Shown here piece by piece: positions 9,358-17,640 of a stretch of DNA of 64,000 bases. Location: assembly GCA_025361705.1 (NCBI GenBank), contig JANYJW010000039.1:16231-80230 (forward strand), written 5' to 3'. Source of the DNA: Gemmatimonas sp. GTDB lineage: Bacteria > Gemmatimonadota > Gemmatimonadetes > Gemmatimonadales > Gemmatimonadaceae. Under the pieces are notes generated by a model. That model ran no database searches and was not told where the DNA came from. It saw only the letters and a list, made by a program, of their open reading frames with translations. The translations under genes were made by a program, and so were the position numbers. Within the stretch, counting starts at the first letter, position 1. Each line of letters starts with the position of its first letter.

Positions 9358-10536
9358 TCAGACGACGAACAGCTCCACCTGCAGTTCCGCCGGCGTCACG
9401 ACGAGCGTCTTGCCGTCGACGTACGCGTTGACCTCGGTGCGCATCCCGATCTCGCCCGCGACGTAGATGCCGGGCTCAATGGAGAAGCCGCTGCCGTTGA
9501 GCAGCACGCGCTCCTCGCGCGTCTCGAGGTTGTCGAGGTGGGCGCCGGACCCGTGCAGGCCGCTGGCGTCGATGCTGTGCCCCGTGCGGTGGGTGAAGTA
9601 CTGGCCGAAGCCGCGCGCCACGATAACGGCGCGCGCGGCATCGTCGGCCGCGCCGCCGCGCACGGGCGCGCCAGCCGCGAGCTGCGTGCGCAGCAGCGTG
9701 ATGGCTGCGTCGCGTGCGTCGCGCACGGCGTTCCACACCTCGATGGCGCGCGCGCTGGGCGTGCCGATGCTTGCCATGTAGGTCTGGTCGGCCCACATCC
9801 CGTCGGGCGCCTTGGCCCACAGGTCGATGAGCACGATGTCACCGATCTTGAGGTACCGCGGCTGGTCGGGCGACGGATCGTAATGCGGGTTGGCCGCGTT
9901 CTCGGTGGCCGACACGTTGGGGCCGTGGTCGGTCCAGAGGCCGAGGCGCGCAAACTCGCCCTTGATCCACTCGGTGAGCGCGTATTCGGTGATCGGCGCA
10001 CCGGCGCGCGCCGCCGCGCCCGCGCGGCGGAACGCGGCGTACGCGATGTCCTTGAGCTGCTCGGCGGCGATGCAATGCGTGCGGCGCTGCTCGTCGGTCC
10101 AGACGGCGAGGAAGCGCGTGACCAGGTCGCCCGACGTCTCGACGGTGGCGCCCGACGCACGCACCATCTCGAGCACACCCGCCGGCACATAGTCGACGTA
10201 GGGCACGGCATCGCCCGGCGAATATTCCATGACGATGCGCTTGCCCTTCACGCAGCGCGCGACTTCCGCCTCGAGCACCGGCCATGCGCTGTACTGCCGG
10301 TTTTCCCACGCGGCCGGCCAGTCGAGCCACGGGTGCTGCTCGATGACATGCGTGATGGCCACCGGTGTGCCCTGCGCCGGCACCCAGACGAACCAGCGGC
10401 GCGAGACGAAGCCCTTGATGCCGACGAGGCCGCTGGCGATGGCGTTGATGCCGCGAAAGTCGTACAGCAGCCAGCCGTCGACCCCTGCATCGCGAAGGGC
10501 GGACTGGAGGGAAGCAACGGAGGTCGGCGTCAGCAT
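9358..10536 (-). CDS. M24-family Xaa-Pro aminopeptidase/dipeptidase
   Basis: Creatinase-like N domain plus pita-bread catalytic domain (IDLWA..., HRTGHSID, GFSIEPGIY, RTEV). Start at ATG 10536 (MLTPTSVASL). Confidence 0.85.
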   Translation of the reverse strand: MLTPTSVASLQSALRDAGVDGWLLYDFRGINAIASGLVGIKGFVSRRWFVWVPAQGTPVAITHVIEQHPWLDWPAAWENRQYSAWPVLEAEVARCVKGKRIVMEYSPGDAVPYVDYVPAGVLEMVRASGATVETSGDLVTRFLAVWTDEQRRTHCIAAEQLKDIAYAAFRRAGAAARAGAPITEYALTEWIKGEFARLGLWTDHGPNVSATENAANPHYDPSPDQPRYLKIGDIVLIDLWAKAPDGMWADQTYMASIGTPSARAIEVWNAVRDARDAAITLLRTQLAAGAPVRGGAADDAARAVIVARGFGQYFTHRTGHSIDASGLHGSGAHLDNLETREERVLLNGSGFSIEPGIYVAGEIGMRTEVNAYVDGKTLVVTPAELQVELFVV

Positions 10537-10540
10537 GTGA

Positions 10541-11182
10541 TTATCCCTTGCCACGGACCGGGCGCCACTCGGCGCGCCACTCGCAGCTGCCTTCGCTGCG
10601 CGTGGCGCAGCGTACATGGTCGACGGCGCCCACTCCGCCGACCATCAGTTGGATGAGCTCGCGGAGCGCGGATTCATAGAACGCGCAGCCTCCGAGCTTG
10701 GGCGCGGCATCACGGGTCACCGATTCCTGCACATCGAGCATGATGGTCCCGCCCATGCGCCGCGCCGTCCCATGCAGGTAGCGCTTGGCCACGCGGCGCA
10801 CATGACGCAGGGCCATGGGGCGCGTGAGCAGCGCGGGAAACGAGCGCATCATCCGGCGCGTGACCGGCGAAATGGTCCCATAGACCTGGCGCGCAAAGTG
10901 CCGGCCCGCTTCGCGGAAGACCGCCTCGGCGTCGGGGCGGCGGCCGATGAGGCGCGCGATGCCCGTCGCCTCGGCAAAGTCGGTGCGCTGCTTGCGGCGC
11001 ACGGCCTCGGTGAAGCGCTTGATCTGCGCGAACACCGTTTCGGACAGCCCGAGCCGCTTGTTGCGCAGTTCGTGCACGAACTCCGCCTCGACATCTTCGT
11101 CAGGAAGATCGACCGTGCGAACGGCCTCGAGAAGGCTCAGCGGAATGAGGGGATCGACGGGTCCGGGCATCAGTGACGGCAA
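10541..11182 (-). CDS. V4R-domain (BchJ-like) protein of unknown function
   Basis: C-terminal GGCAFYESALRELIQL...VDHVRCATRSEGSCEWRAEW matches the Cys pattern of 4-vinyl-reductase (V4R) domains. Its ~210 aa length is similar to BchJ. First gene of an apparent three-gene operon. Confidence 0.55.
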   Translation of the reverse strand: MPSLMPGPVDPLIPLSLLEAVRTVDLPDEDVEAEFVHELRNKRLGLSETVFAQIKRFTEAVRRKQRTDFAEATGIARLIGRRPDAEAVFREAGRHFARQVYGTISPVTRRMMRSFPALLTRPMALRHVRRVAKRYLHGTARRMGGTIMLDVQESVTRDAAPKLGGCAFYESALRELIQLMVGGVGAVDHVRCATRSEGSCEWRAEWRPVRGKG

Positions 11183-11340
11183 GCTAACCCGCCGACCGGT
11201 CCTGGAACAGTGAATACGCGTGCGTCAACGGCGCCTGGAACGGGCGTGCACGCTTGCGCAAACGCTCGGGCGAACGCTTGCGTGCGCACGACGCACCGGA
11301 GAATATCCCTCGGGTATCACCTCGCAGCCCCGGACTCATT

Positions 11341-12147
11341 GTGCTCATTGACATCATCCCGCGCATGCTGGTCGGCGGCACCCTCGCGGGGCTGGCGGCC
11401 GGGCATGCCGCGCGCCGCGGGCAATTGACGATGGGTGGCGAGTACGCGGCGTTCGCCGTGGGGACGGCGTCGGCCATCGGCGGCATCGGCTGGGCCGGGT
11501 CGCTGGCCTGCTTCTTCTACGGGTCGGCGGTGCTCGGCGAGTGGCGAGCCGCCGACAAGCGGCGCCGATCGCACTCCGTGCTGCCCGACGCGCGGGCGCG
11601 CGACGCGTGGCAAGTGCTGGCCAACGGCGGCCTCTTTGCAGCGGCTGCGCTCTCGTGGGGGGTGGTAGGCTCGTGGCATGCCGGGCTGTTCGGGTTCGGC
11701 GCGCTGGCCACGGCAACCGCCGACACCTGGGCCACGGAAGCCGGCATGGTCCTCGGCACGTCGCCGCGCTCCATCCTCACGTGGCGCCCCGTGGTACCGG
11801 GAACGTCTGGCGGTGTGACGGCATTCGGCTGGGGTGCATCTGTCATTGGCGCGTTCCTGATGGCGCTGCTTGCCGTCGCCTCGTTCACCACGCCGTTCGA
11901 CGTCCCGCGCCTCGAAGCCGTCTTCGTGGGCGGCATGGCGGGCGCGCTCACCGACTCCGTGCTTGGCGCCTCGGTGCAGTCGCGCCGATGGTGCGAGCCG
12001 TGCAACGCCTGGACCGAGCGCCGCGTGCACACGTGCGGCTTCCGCAGCCGCCACCGCCGCGGATTCCGCTGGGTGACCAACGATGTCGTAAACCTGATCG
12101 CCACGGCCGTGGGCGGGCTCGTGGCGGTGGGCATGTGGCAAGCGTGA
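11341..12147 (+). CDS. DUF92 (TMEM19/VTE6-like) integral membrane protein
   Basis: ATADTWATEAGM...PGTSGGVT core typical of DUF92. Multi-TM with a C-terminal Cys-rich tail (RRWCEPCNAWTERRVHTCG). Start is GTG 11341 or ATG 11365. Confidence 0.8.
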   Translation: MLIDIIPRMLVGGTLAGLAAGHAARRGQLTMGGEYAAFAVGTASAIGGIGWAGSLACFFYGSAVLGEWRAADKRRRSHSVLPDARARDAWQVLANGGLFAAAALSWGVVGSWHAGLFGFGALATATADTWATEAGMVLGTSPRSILTWRPVVPGTSGGVTAFGWGASVIGAFLMALLAVASFTTPFDVPRLEAVFVGGMAGALTDSVLGASVQSRRWCEPCNAWTERRVHTCGFRSRHRRGFRWVTNDVVNLIATAVGGLVAVGMWQA

Positions 12148-12644
12148 GCACGGTGGATCTCGCGGCGTTTCGTGAGGCGCTGGCACGGTTCGCCTCGGGC
12201 GTAACGGTGGTGACGGCGCGCGGCGCGGACGGGGCCGACCACGGCATGACGGTCAGCGCATTCGCGTCGCTGTCGCTGGCGCCGCCGCTCGTGATGGCGT
12301 GCATCGAAGCGACGGCCACGCTGCTGCCGCATGTGCGGACCAGCGGAATGTTCGGGGTGAGCATTCTCGCGGCGGATCAGCAGGCGCTCGCGGCGCAATT
12401 CGCGCAGCACGGCGGCGACACGTTTGACGGAGTCGCGGTGACGCGCACGCCCGGTGGGCCCAGCGGCCCCGCGCTCCTGGACGGCGCCGTCGCGCACCTC
12501 ACGTGCCGGTGCGTGGCCGAGCATGCCGGCGGCGACCATGTCATCGTGGTGGGCGAGGTCCTCGCGGCGCGCACGGTTGGCGATCGCCCGCTGGTGTATG
12601 TGCTGCGCGGGTACGCGCAGGCGGCGCCTGCTTCAGGCGACTGA
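12144..12644 (+). CDS. Flavin reductase (HpaC/NTA-B-like, FMN-binding split barrel)
   Basis: FREALARFASGVTVVTAR...GMTVSAFASLSLAPPLVMACI...GDHVIVVGEV are hallmark segments. GTG start overlaps the DUF92 stop (GTGA). Alternative GTG at 12135. Confidence 0.85.
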   Translation: MSTVDLAAFREALARFASGVTVVTARGADGADHGMTVSAFASLSLAPPLVMACIEATATLLPHVRTSGMFGVSILAADQQALAAQFAQHGGDTFDGVAVTRTPGGPSGPALLDGAVAHLTCRCVAEHAGGDHVIVVGEVLAARTVGDRPLVYVLRGYAQAAPASGD

Positions 12645-12764
12645 TTCGGCAGACGAGATGCGAAAGACCGCGCCGTCGCGGCCGCGGGGTGGCTTGGCCG
12701 GGATCCGCGGCCTAGTTTCGCTGCAGGCCCGCCCGTTCCCGTTGCCCTCCAACCCCGCCCCGCC

Positions 12765-13469
12765 ATGCGCGATTCGCTCCGGCATTTCCTCTCCGAGTTC
12801 ATCGGCACGTTCGCGCTGACGTTTGTCGGCAGCGCGGCCATCATGCAGACGGCGCAGGGCGGCGGCAACCTTGTGGCGGTCGCCCTCGCGCACGGACTCG
12901 TGCTGTCGATCTTCGTGACGGCGTTCATGCACACCGGGGCGCACTTCAATCCCGCGGTCACCATCGGGATGCTCGTGGTGCGGCGCATCGAGCCGGTGAT
13001 GGCCGGCCTCTACATCGTGGCGCAGGTGGCGGGCGCAACGGCCGCGGCGTTCACGCTCAAGTTCGCCTTCCCAGCGGCCGTCTTCGCGGCGACCCGCGGC
13101 GGCGGCCAGTCGGTGTCACTCGACGTCAGCTCCGGCCAGGCGTTTGTGCTCGAGATGATCGGCACGATGTTCCTCGTGTGGGCCATCTTCGGCACGGCAG
13201 TCGACCACCGCGCGCCGAAGATCGGCGGATTCGGCATCGGGCTGGCGCTCGCCATCGACATCCTGGCCTTCGGAACCCTCACCGGCGCCTCCGTGAACCC
13301 CGCGCGCTCCTTCGGGCCGGCCTTCGCGAGCGGCATCTTCGAGGCGCAGGGCATCTACTGGCTGGCGCCGATCACGGGCGCCATCATCGCCGCGCTGATC
13401 TACGAGAAGTTCCTGCTCACCGACGAACCGGAGCCGGTGGATCACGGAGCGATCGGGTCGCAGCCGTAG
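12765..13469 (+). CDS. aqpZ: MIP-family channel (aquaporin Z-like)
   Basis: Two NPA boxes (HFNPAVT and VNPARSFGPA) and six TM segments. Confidence 0.9.
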   Translation: MRDSLRHFLSEFIGTFALTFVGSAAIMQTAQGGGNLVAVALAHGLVLSIFVTAFMHTGAHFNPAVTIGMLVVRRIEPVMAGLYIVAQVAGATAAAFTLKFAFPAAVFAATRGGGQSVSLDVSSGQAFVLEMIGTMFLVWAIFGTAVDHRAPKIGGFGIGLALAIDILAFGTLTGASVNPARSFGPAFASGIFEAQGIYWLAPITGAIIAALIYEKFLLTDEPEPVDHGAIGSQP

Positions 13470-13475
13470 CGGGCC

Positions 13476-14129
13476 GTGGGGCTGACTGAGTCCTTACCCT
13501 CAATCGTCCGTTCCGTGTCTCTTGAACTCGAACGCGAGCGCACCATCCAGGCCCTCTGCTCGCACTTTGCGCAGGACCACCTGACGACGCAGGAACTCGA
13601 ACTGCGGTTCGAGGAGGTGTACCGTGCGTCGTCGGTGGACGAGCTGCGCGCGCTGATGCGCGGGCTCCCCGTGCTGGCGCCGGTCCTCCTGTCGGACACG
13701 CCGTTGCCGATGTACACCGTGAGCGCCCCCGCAGCAGCCGGTAAGGAAAAGCGCTTTCTCGCCATCATGGGAGAAGTGCGCCGACAGGGACTCTGGAACG
13801 TACCGGCGCAGGTGACAGCGCAGGCCTACATGGCCGCCATCCGGCTCGACCTGCGCGAGGCGCAGATTCCCGAGGGGGGCGTGGACATCGACGCACGCGC
13901 CGTGATGGGCGAAGTGCTCATCATCCTCCCGCCCGGGCTGCATGCCGATGTGGACGGATTTGCCTTCATGGGAGAATTCTCCGACCGCACCGCGGGCACC
14001 GCCACCACACTTGCCGCGCCTGCGGTGCGGGTGCGCGGCGACGCCATCATGGGCTCGGTGCGCGTCGAGACGCGGTTGCCCAACGAGGGGGCAATGCAGG
14101 CGTGGAAGCGCAGGCTCCTCGGCAAATAA
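13476..14129 (+). CDS. DUF1707 (SHOCT-like) N-terminal domain protein with LiaF-like C-terminal domain
   Basis: N-terminus RERTIQALCSHFAQDHLTTQELELRFEEVYRASSVDELRALMRGLP fits DUF1707. The C-terminal repeated IMGEV/IMGSV beta segments resemble LiaF C-terminal domains. Confidence 0.65.
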   Translation: MGLTESLPSIVRSVSLELERERTIQALCSHFAQDHLTTQELELRFEEVYRASSVDELRALMRGLPVLAPVLLSDTPLPMYTVSAPAAAGKEKRFLAIMGEVRRQGLWNVPAQVTAQAYMAAIRLDLREAQIPEGGVDIDARAVMGEVLIILPPGLHADVDGFAFMGEFSDRTAGTATTLAAPAVRVRGDAIMGSVRVETRLPNEGAMQAWKRRLLGK

Positions 14130-14159
14130 CCGCCGATCGCCCTCCGTGCACGATGTCCG

Positions 14160-14711
14160 CTATCGCAATCCGGAGGCCGGATCCTTGATGTTGTCATCGT
14201 AGCGTTTCATCGACTCCACGATCACCTGCATCGCGTCCTCGGACTTGCCCCACCCGACGATCTCGCAGCGCTTCCCTTCCAGGTCCTTGTAGATGTGGAA
14301 GAAGTGCTCGATCTCCAGCAGGTAGTGCTGCGGCATGTCGGCGATGTCGAAATGCTCCTCGTGATGCGGCGAGTTCACCGGCACGGCGAGAATCTTGTCA
14401 TCCGGCTCGCCGCGGTCGCGCATGCGCAGCACGCCGATGGGGCGCACGTCGATGAGGCAGCCGACGAACGTGGGCTCGTTGATGCGCACCAGCACGTCGA
14501 GCGGATCGCCGTCCTCGTGCAGCGTGCGCGGGATCAGCCCGTAGTCGCCCGGATAATGCACCGCGCTGTAGAGCACGCGGTCGAGCTTGAACAGCCCCGA
14601 CGTCTTGTCGAGCTCGTACTTGTTGCGGCTGCCGCGCGGAATCTCGATGACCGCCGTGACGGTGTCGGGGGGCGCGATGCCGACGGGGAGGTCATGCCAG
14701 GGGTGAAGCAT
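14160..14711 (-). CDS. ppa: Inorganic pyrophosphatase (family I)
   Basis: IEIPRGSRNKYELD, YPGDYGLIPRT and DGDPLDVLV active-site segments. Confidence 0.95.
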   Translation of the reverse strand: MLHPWHDLPVGIAPPDTVTAVIEIPRGSRNKYELDKTSGLFKLDRVLYSAVHYPGDYGLIPRTLHEDGDPLDVLVRINEPTFVGCLIDVRPIGVLRMRDRGEPDDKILAVPVNSPHHEEHFDIADMPQHYLLEIEHFFHIYKDLEGKRCEIVGWGKSEDAMQVIVESMKRYDDNIKDPASGLR

Positions 14712-14721
14712 GGGAACGACC

Positions 14722-14839
14722 GATTGAGGATTGGGGAATTCGGACTCTGATACAGGATAGCGATTCAGGACACCGATTGGCGATGCCGCCGATCGCGATC
14801 CGCCAGCGATGTCCTGGACGCAATCCGAATTCCGTGTCC
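14722..14839 (+). repeat. Composite palindromic intergenic element (repeat family 1)
   Basis: GATTGAGGA at 14722. Outer 10-bp inverted repeat ggaattcgga (14735-14744) / tccgaattcc (14824-14833). Inner arms caggaca (14766-14772) / tgtcctg (14810-14816). 14819-14839 is a 20/21 reverse-complement match to 19610-19630. Confidence 0.75.
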
Positions 14840-14855
14840 GCAGTCGGCCCTTGGG

Positions 14856-16634
14856 TCAGGGCGCAACCGCCGCGCCATCCCTCCGTGGATCGGCCACGCC
14901 AATCAGCGTGCCTTTCACCACGGCAATCGCATGGACGCCGCCGAACATGATGTCGCCGACGCGCGAGAGCGGGTAATAGCCCTTGGCGCGCAACGCGGCG
15001 TAGACCTCGGGCGCGAAGCCGGATTCAACCTCGACCGAACGCCCCTGCGCGGGTTGGAGCCGCGGCGCCGCGATGGCGGTCCACGGGTCTTCACCAAGGG
15101 CGAGGTGGCGCCAGGCCACCTGCGTGGTGGACGTCGGGATGTACTGCGAGCCGGCGGCACCCACCACCATGCGCACGTCATTGCCGCGCAGGATGATGGT
15201 CGGGTTGATGGTCGAGCTGGCGTAGCGGTTGGGGCCGCGCGTCGATGCATCGAGGTTGGCCGCGCCCGAATTCAGGAAGAACCCGTTCACGTACACCCCC
15301 GACCCAAACAGCACGCCCACGGTGAACGTCATCGACACCGCGTTGCGGTCGCGGTCGACCACGCTGAAGTGCGTGGTGTTCGATCCGCCCCATGCGGCGT
15401 CATCATCGCCACCCGGACGCGGCGCGCGCGGCGCGGCCACCTTGTCCGGGCCAAGGGCGCTTGCCCCCCAGCCGTCGAGTGCGGCGCAGGCGCCCGTGGG
15501 CGCCACCGCATCGTCGGGCCACGGATCACCCGCCACCGGGGCGACGCCGCCCTCGGCCGCGGCCACCGCACTCGCGCGCTTGGCAGCGAACGCCGGGCTG
15601 ATGAGCCCGCGCGCCGGGACGGCGTAGTAGGCCGGATCGCCGCGGAAGCGGCCAGCGTCTCCCTCGGCGACGCGAAGCGCGCCGAGGATCTGCACCGCTG
15701 CGGCGCCCTGCGTCGTGGGTGAACCCAGCGGCACGCTGTTGGTCACGGCCAGCAGGTTGAGCGCGGCGAGCGGCACCGCGCCGCCGAGCGGCGGCGGCGC
15801 GGACAGCAGCGTGTGACCCATCCAAGTGGTGCAGAGCGGACGCTGGAACGCCACCGGATAGCCCTTGAAGTCGGCGGCGGTTGCGGCGCTGCCATACTTG
15901 CGCATCCTGGCCACGGTGCGCTCGGCCATCGCGCCTTCATAGAACGCGGCACGGCCGTCGCGCGCGATCGCCTCGAGCGTCTGCGCGAGCTGCGCCTGCA
16001 CCAGGCGCTCGCCCGGACGCAGCGCCTGGCCGCCCGGCAGGAAGAGCGCAGCCGCGGCGCTGTCGGCGGTGAGCTTGGCCCGCGACGCTTCCGCCGTGCG
16101 CGCCAGAAGCGGCGAGACGATGAAGCCGTCGCGCGCCAGCGCGATGGCGGGCGCCATCACCTGGGCGCGCGGCAGCTTGCCCCACTTGGCGTGCGCCTCG
16201 AGCAGGCCCGCCACGGCGCCGGGGATGCCAGCGGCACGACCATTGATCGGCGCCCGAGCGGCCGCGGAGTCCATGCGGGCCCAGTCGGCATCGGCGCCCG
16301 TGCGGGAGTAGAACTCCAGGGCGTCCGCGTGCGCGGTGCCGTGATTCCAGACGACCATTCCGCCACCGGCACCCAGCCCCGTCTGCGAGGGGTCGACGAC
16401 GGCGAGCGCAAAGGCCGTGGCGACGGCGGCATCGACGGCATTGCCCCCTTCCCGCAGAATCGTTGCGCCGGCTGCCGCCGCATCGGCGTGCGATGCCGTT
16501 ACCATGCCTTGTGTCGATTCGGCGCGCTTGGCGTACATCGGCGGCGATGCGACCGGCTGCGGAATCCCGCACGCGGTGAGCAGGGCGGCGCCCAGCATCA
16601 GGGCGCGCGCGCGGGTGGCGAGGGAAGGGGTCAT
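14856..16634 (-). CDS. ggt: Gamma-glutamyltransferase
   Basis: Autoprocessing/catalytic segment NTTHFSVVDRDRNAVSMT and the GSG...GFFLNS motif. Lipoprotein-like signal MTPSLATRARALMLGAALLTAC. Start at ATG 16634. Confidence 0.9.
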   Translation of the reverse strand: MTPSLATRARALMLGAALLTACGIPQPVASPPMYAKRAESTQGMVTASHADAAAAGATILREGGNAVDAAVATAFALAVVDPSQTGLGAGGGMVVWNHGTAHADALEFYSRTGADADWARMDSAAARAPINGRAAGIPGAVAGLLEAHAKWGKLPRAQVMAPAIALARDGFIVSPLLARTAEASRAKLTADSAAAALFLPGGQALRPGERLVQAQLAQTLEAIARDGRAAFYEGAMAERTVARMRKYGSAATAADFKGYPVAFQRPLCTTWMGHTLLSAPPPLGGAVPLAALNLLAVTNSVPLGSPTTQGAAAVQILGALRVAEGDAGRFRGDPAYYAVPARGLISPAFAAKRASAVAAAEGGVAPVAGDPWPDDAVAPTGACAALDGWGASALGPDKVAAPRAPRPGGDDDAAWGGSNTTHFSVVDRDRNAVSMTFTVGVLFGSGVYVNGFFLNSGAANLDASTRGPNRYASSTINPTIILRGNDVRMVVGAAGSQYIPTSTTQVAWRHLALGEDPWTAIAAPRLQPAQGRSVEVESGFAPEVYAALRAKGYYPLSRVGDIMFGGVHAIAVVKGTLIGVADPRRDGAAVAP

Positions 16635-16767
16635 GGCAGGATGGGGGTGAAAAGCAGCACCGGGTGCGGCACGCATGCCGCACCCGGTACTCTAACGTCC
16701 TCGACGCGCCACACGCTGACCGTTCGTCAGGAGACGCCCCCCGCCGCGCCCGTGCCCGGTGGCGGGA

Positions 16768-17082
16768 TCAGTCCTCGAACTCGAACAGCGCCTCGAGCTG
16801 CGTGAGCCGCAGCATCTGGCGCACGGTGGGCGGCGTGCGCGTGAGACAGGTGGTCAGCGTACTCTCCCGAGCCCGCTTCTGCAGCAGCACCAGCACGCCC
16901 AGCCCACTCGCGTCGACTTCGCGGGTGTTCCCCAAGTCGATGGTGATCCGGCGCGCGCCATCGGCGGCGGCCTTCAACAAGCGTTCCAGCGCGTCGCGCC
17001 GGAAGTCGAGCCGGTGCTCAGACACCAGGCGCTCCGGTGCGTGGAGGACGATGCGATCGGGTTGGACCAGCGGATGATACAT
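16768..17082 (-). CDS. STAS-domain protein (anti-sigma-factor antagonist-like)
   Basis: RITIDLGNTREVDASGLGVLVLLQKRA fits the SpoIIAA/STAS core. Start at ATG 17082. Confidence 0.7.
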   Translation of the reverse strand: MYHPLVQPDRIVLHAPERLVSEHRLDFRRDALERLLKAAADGARRITIDLGNTREVDASGLGVLVLLQKRARESTLTTCLTRTPPTVRQMLRLTQLEALFEFED

Positions 17083-17542
17083 GGCGCACTCCCCCGCTGC
17101 GCCCGACCGTCGCGCTCCGCGATGCCCTACCGGTTGCCTCGCGCGGTCCACTCGGACCCCTCGCTCACCTTCGGCAGCCGGACAATCTCGATGCCCTGAG
17201 ATTCCTGGCTTTGCGGCCCCGCCTCACGACGGGTGTGCTATTGTCGGGTGTTGCAGCGTTCAGTTGTTGCCCGATAGCAATGCGAGAAACGTGCCATATC
17301 TCACGAAGTGATAACTCCATGATGCAGAGTGACTTACACGACTATCACAACGTGACGGCGATCCGCAGGCCTGCGTGCTGCGAGGCAGAACGCACAGCGC
17401 GCGACACCGTCTGATTCGGTGATAGTCACGACGCGCGGGCGAAGCGTCACAACGCGGGCGCGGGCCCGGGAGATGCACCCACGGGCGCAGGTGGCGCGCG
17501 GCAGCGGACGTGGTCAAGCGCGAGGCCCATCTGGATCGTACG

Positions 17543-17571
17543 TTGATGCCGGTGTTCGCAGAGGCTAGAAT
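17543..17571 (+). promoter_or_regulatory. Sigma70-type promoter candidate for acs
   Basis: TTGATG (17543-17548), 17-nt spacer, TAGAAT (17566-17571), about 70 nt upstream of the acs ATG. Confidence 0.5.
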
Positions 17572-17640
17572 CGCCAGTCCCCATCCGTGCATCGGACTCC
17601 ACCATCGGCATCCGGATTTCCACTCCTTAATCGTCCCCCC

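Noticed and set aside
11236-11260. Sigma54-like element ctggaacgggcgtgcacgcttgcgca upstream of the DUF92 gene
   Set aside because: The GG to GC spacing is one nucleotide short of the TGGCAC-N5-TTGC consensus, and the -12 region reads TGCA rather than TTGC. No enhancer-binding-protein gene is nearby.
17319-17417. 32-codon ORF (MMQSDLHDYHNVTAIRRPACCEAERTARDTV) in the long acs-upstream spacer
   Set aside because: It has no Shine-Dalgarno sequence and no coding-type GC3 bias. It overlaps the palindromes, which are better explained as DNA or RNA elements.
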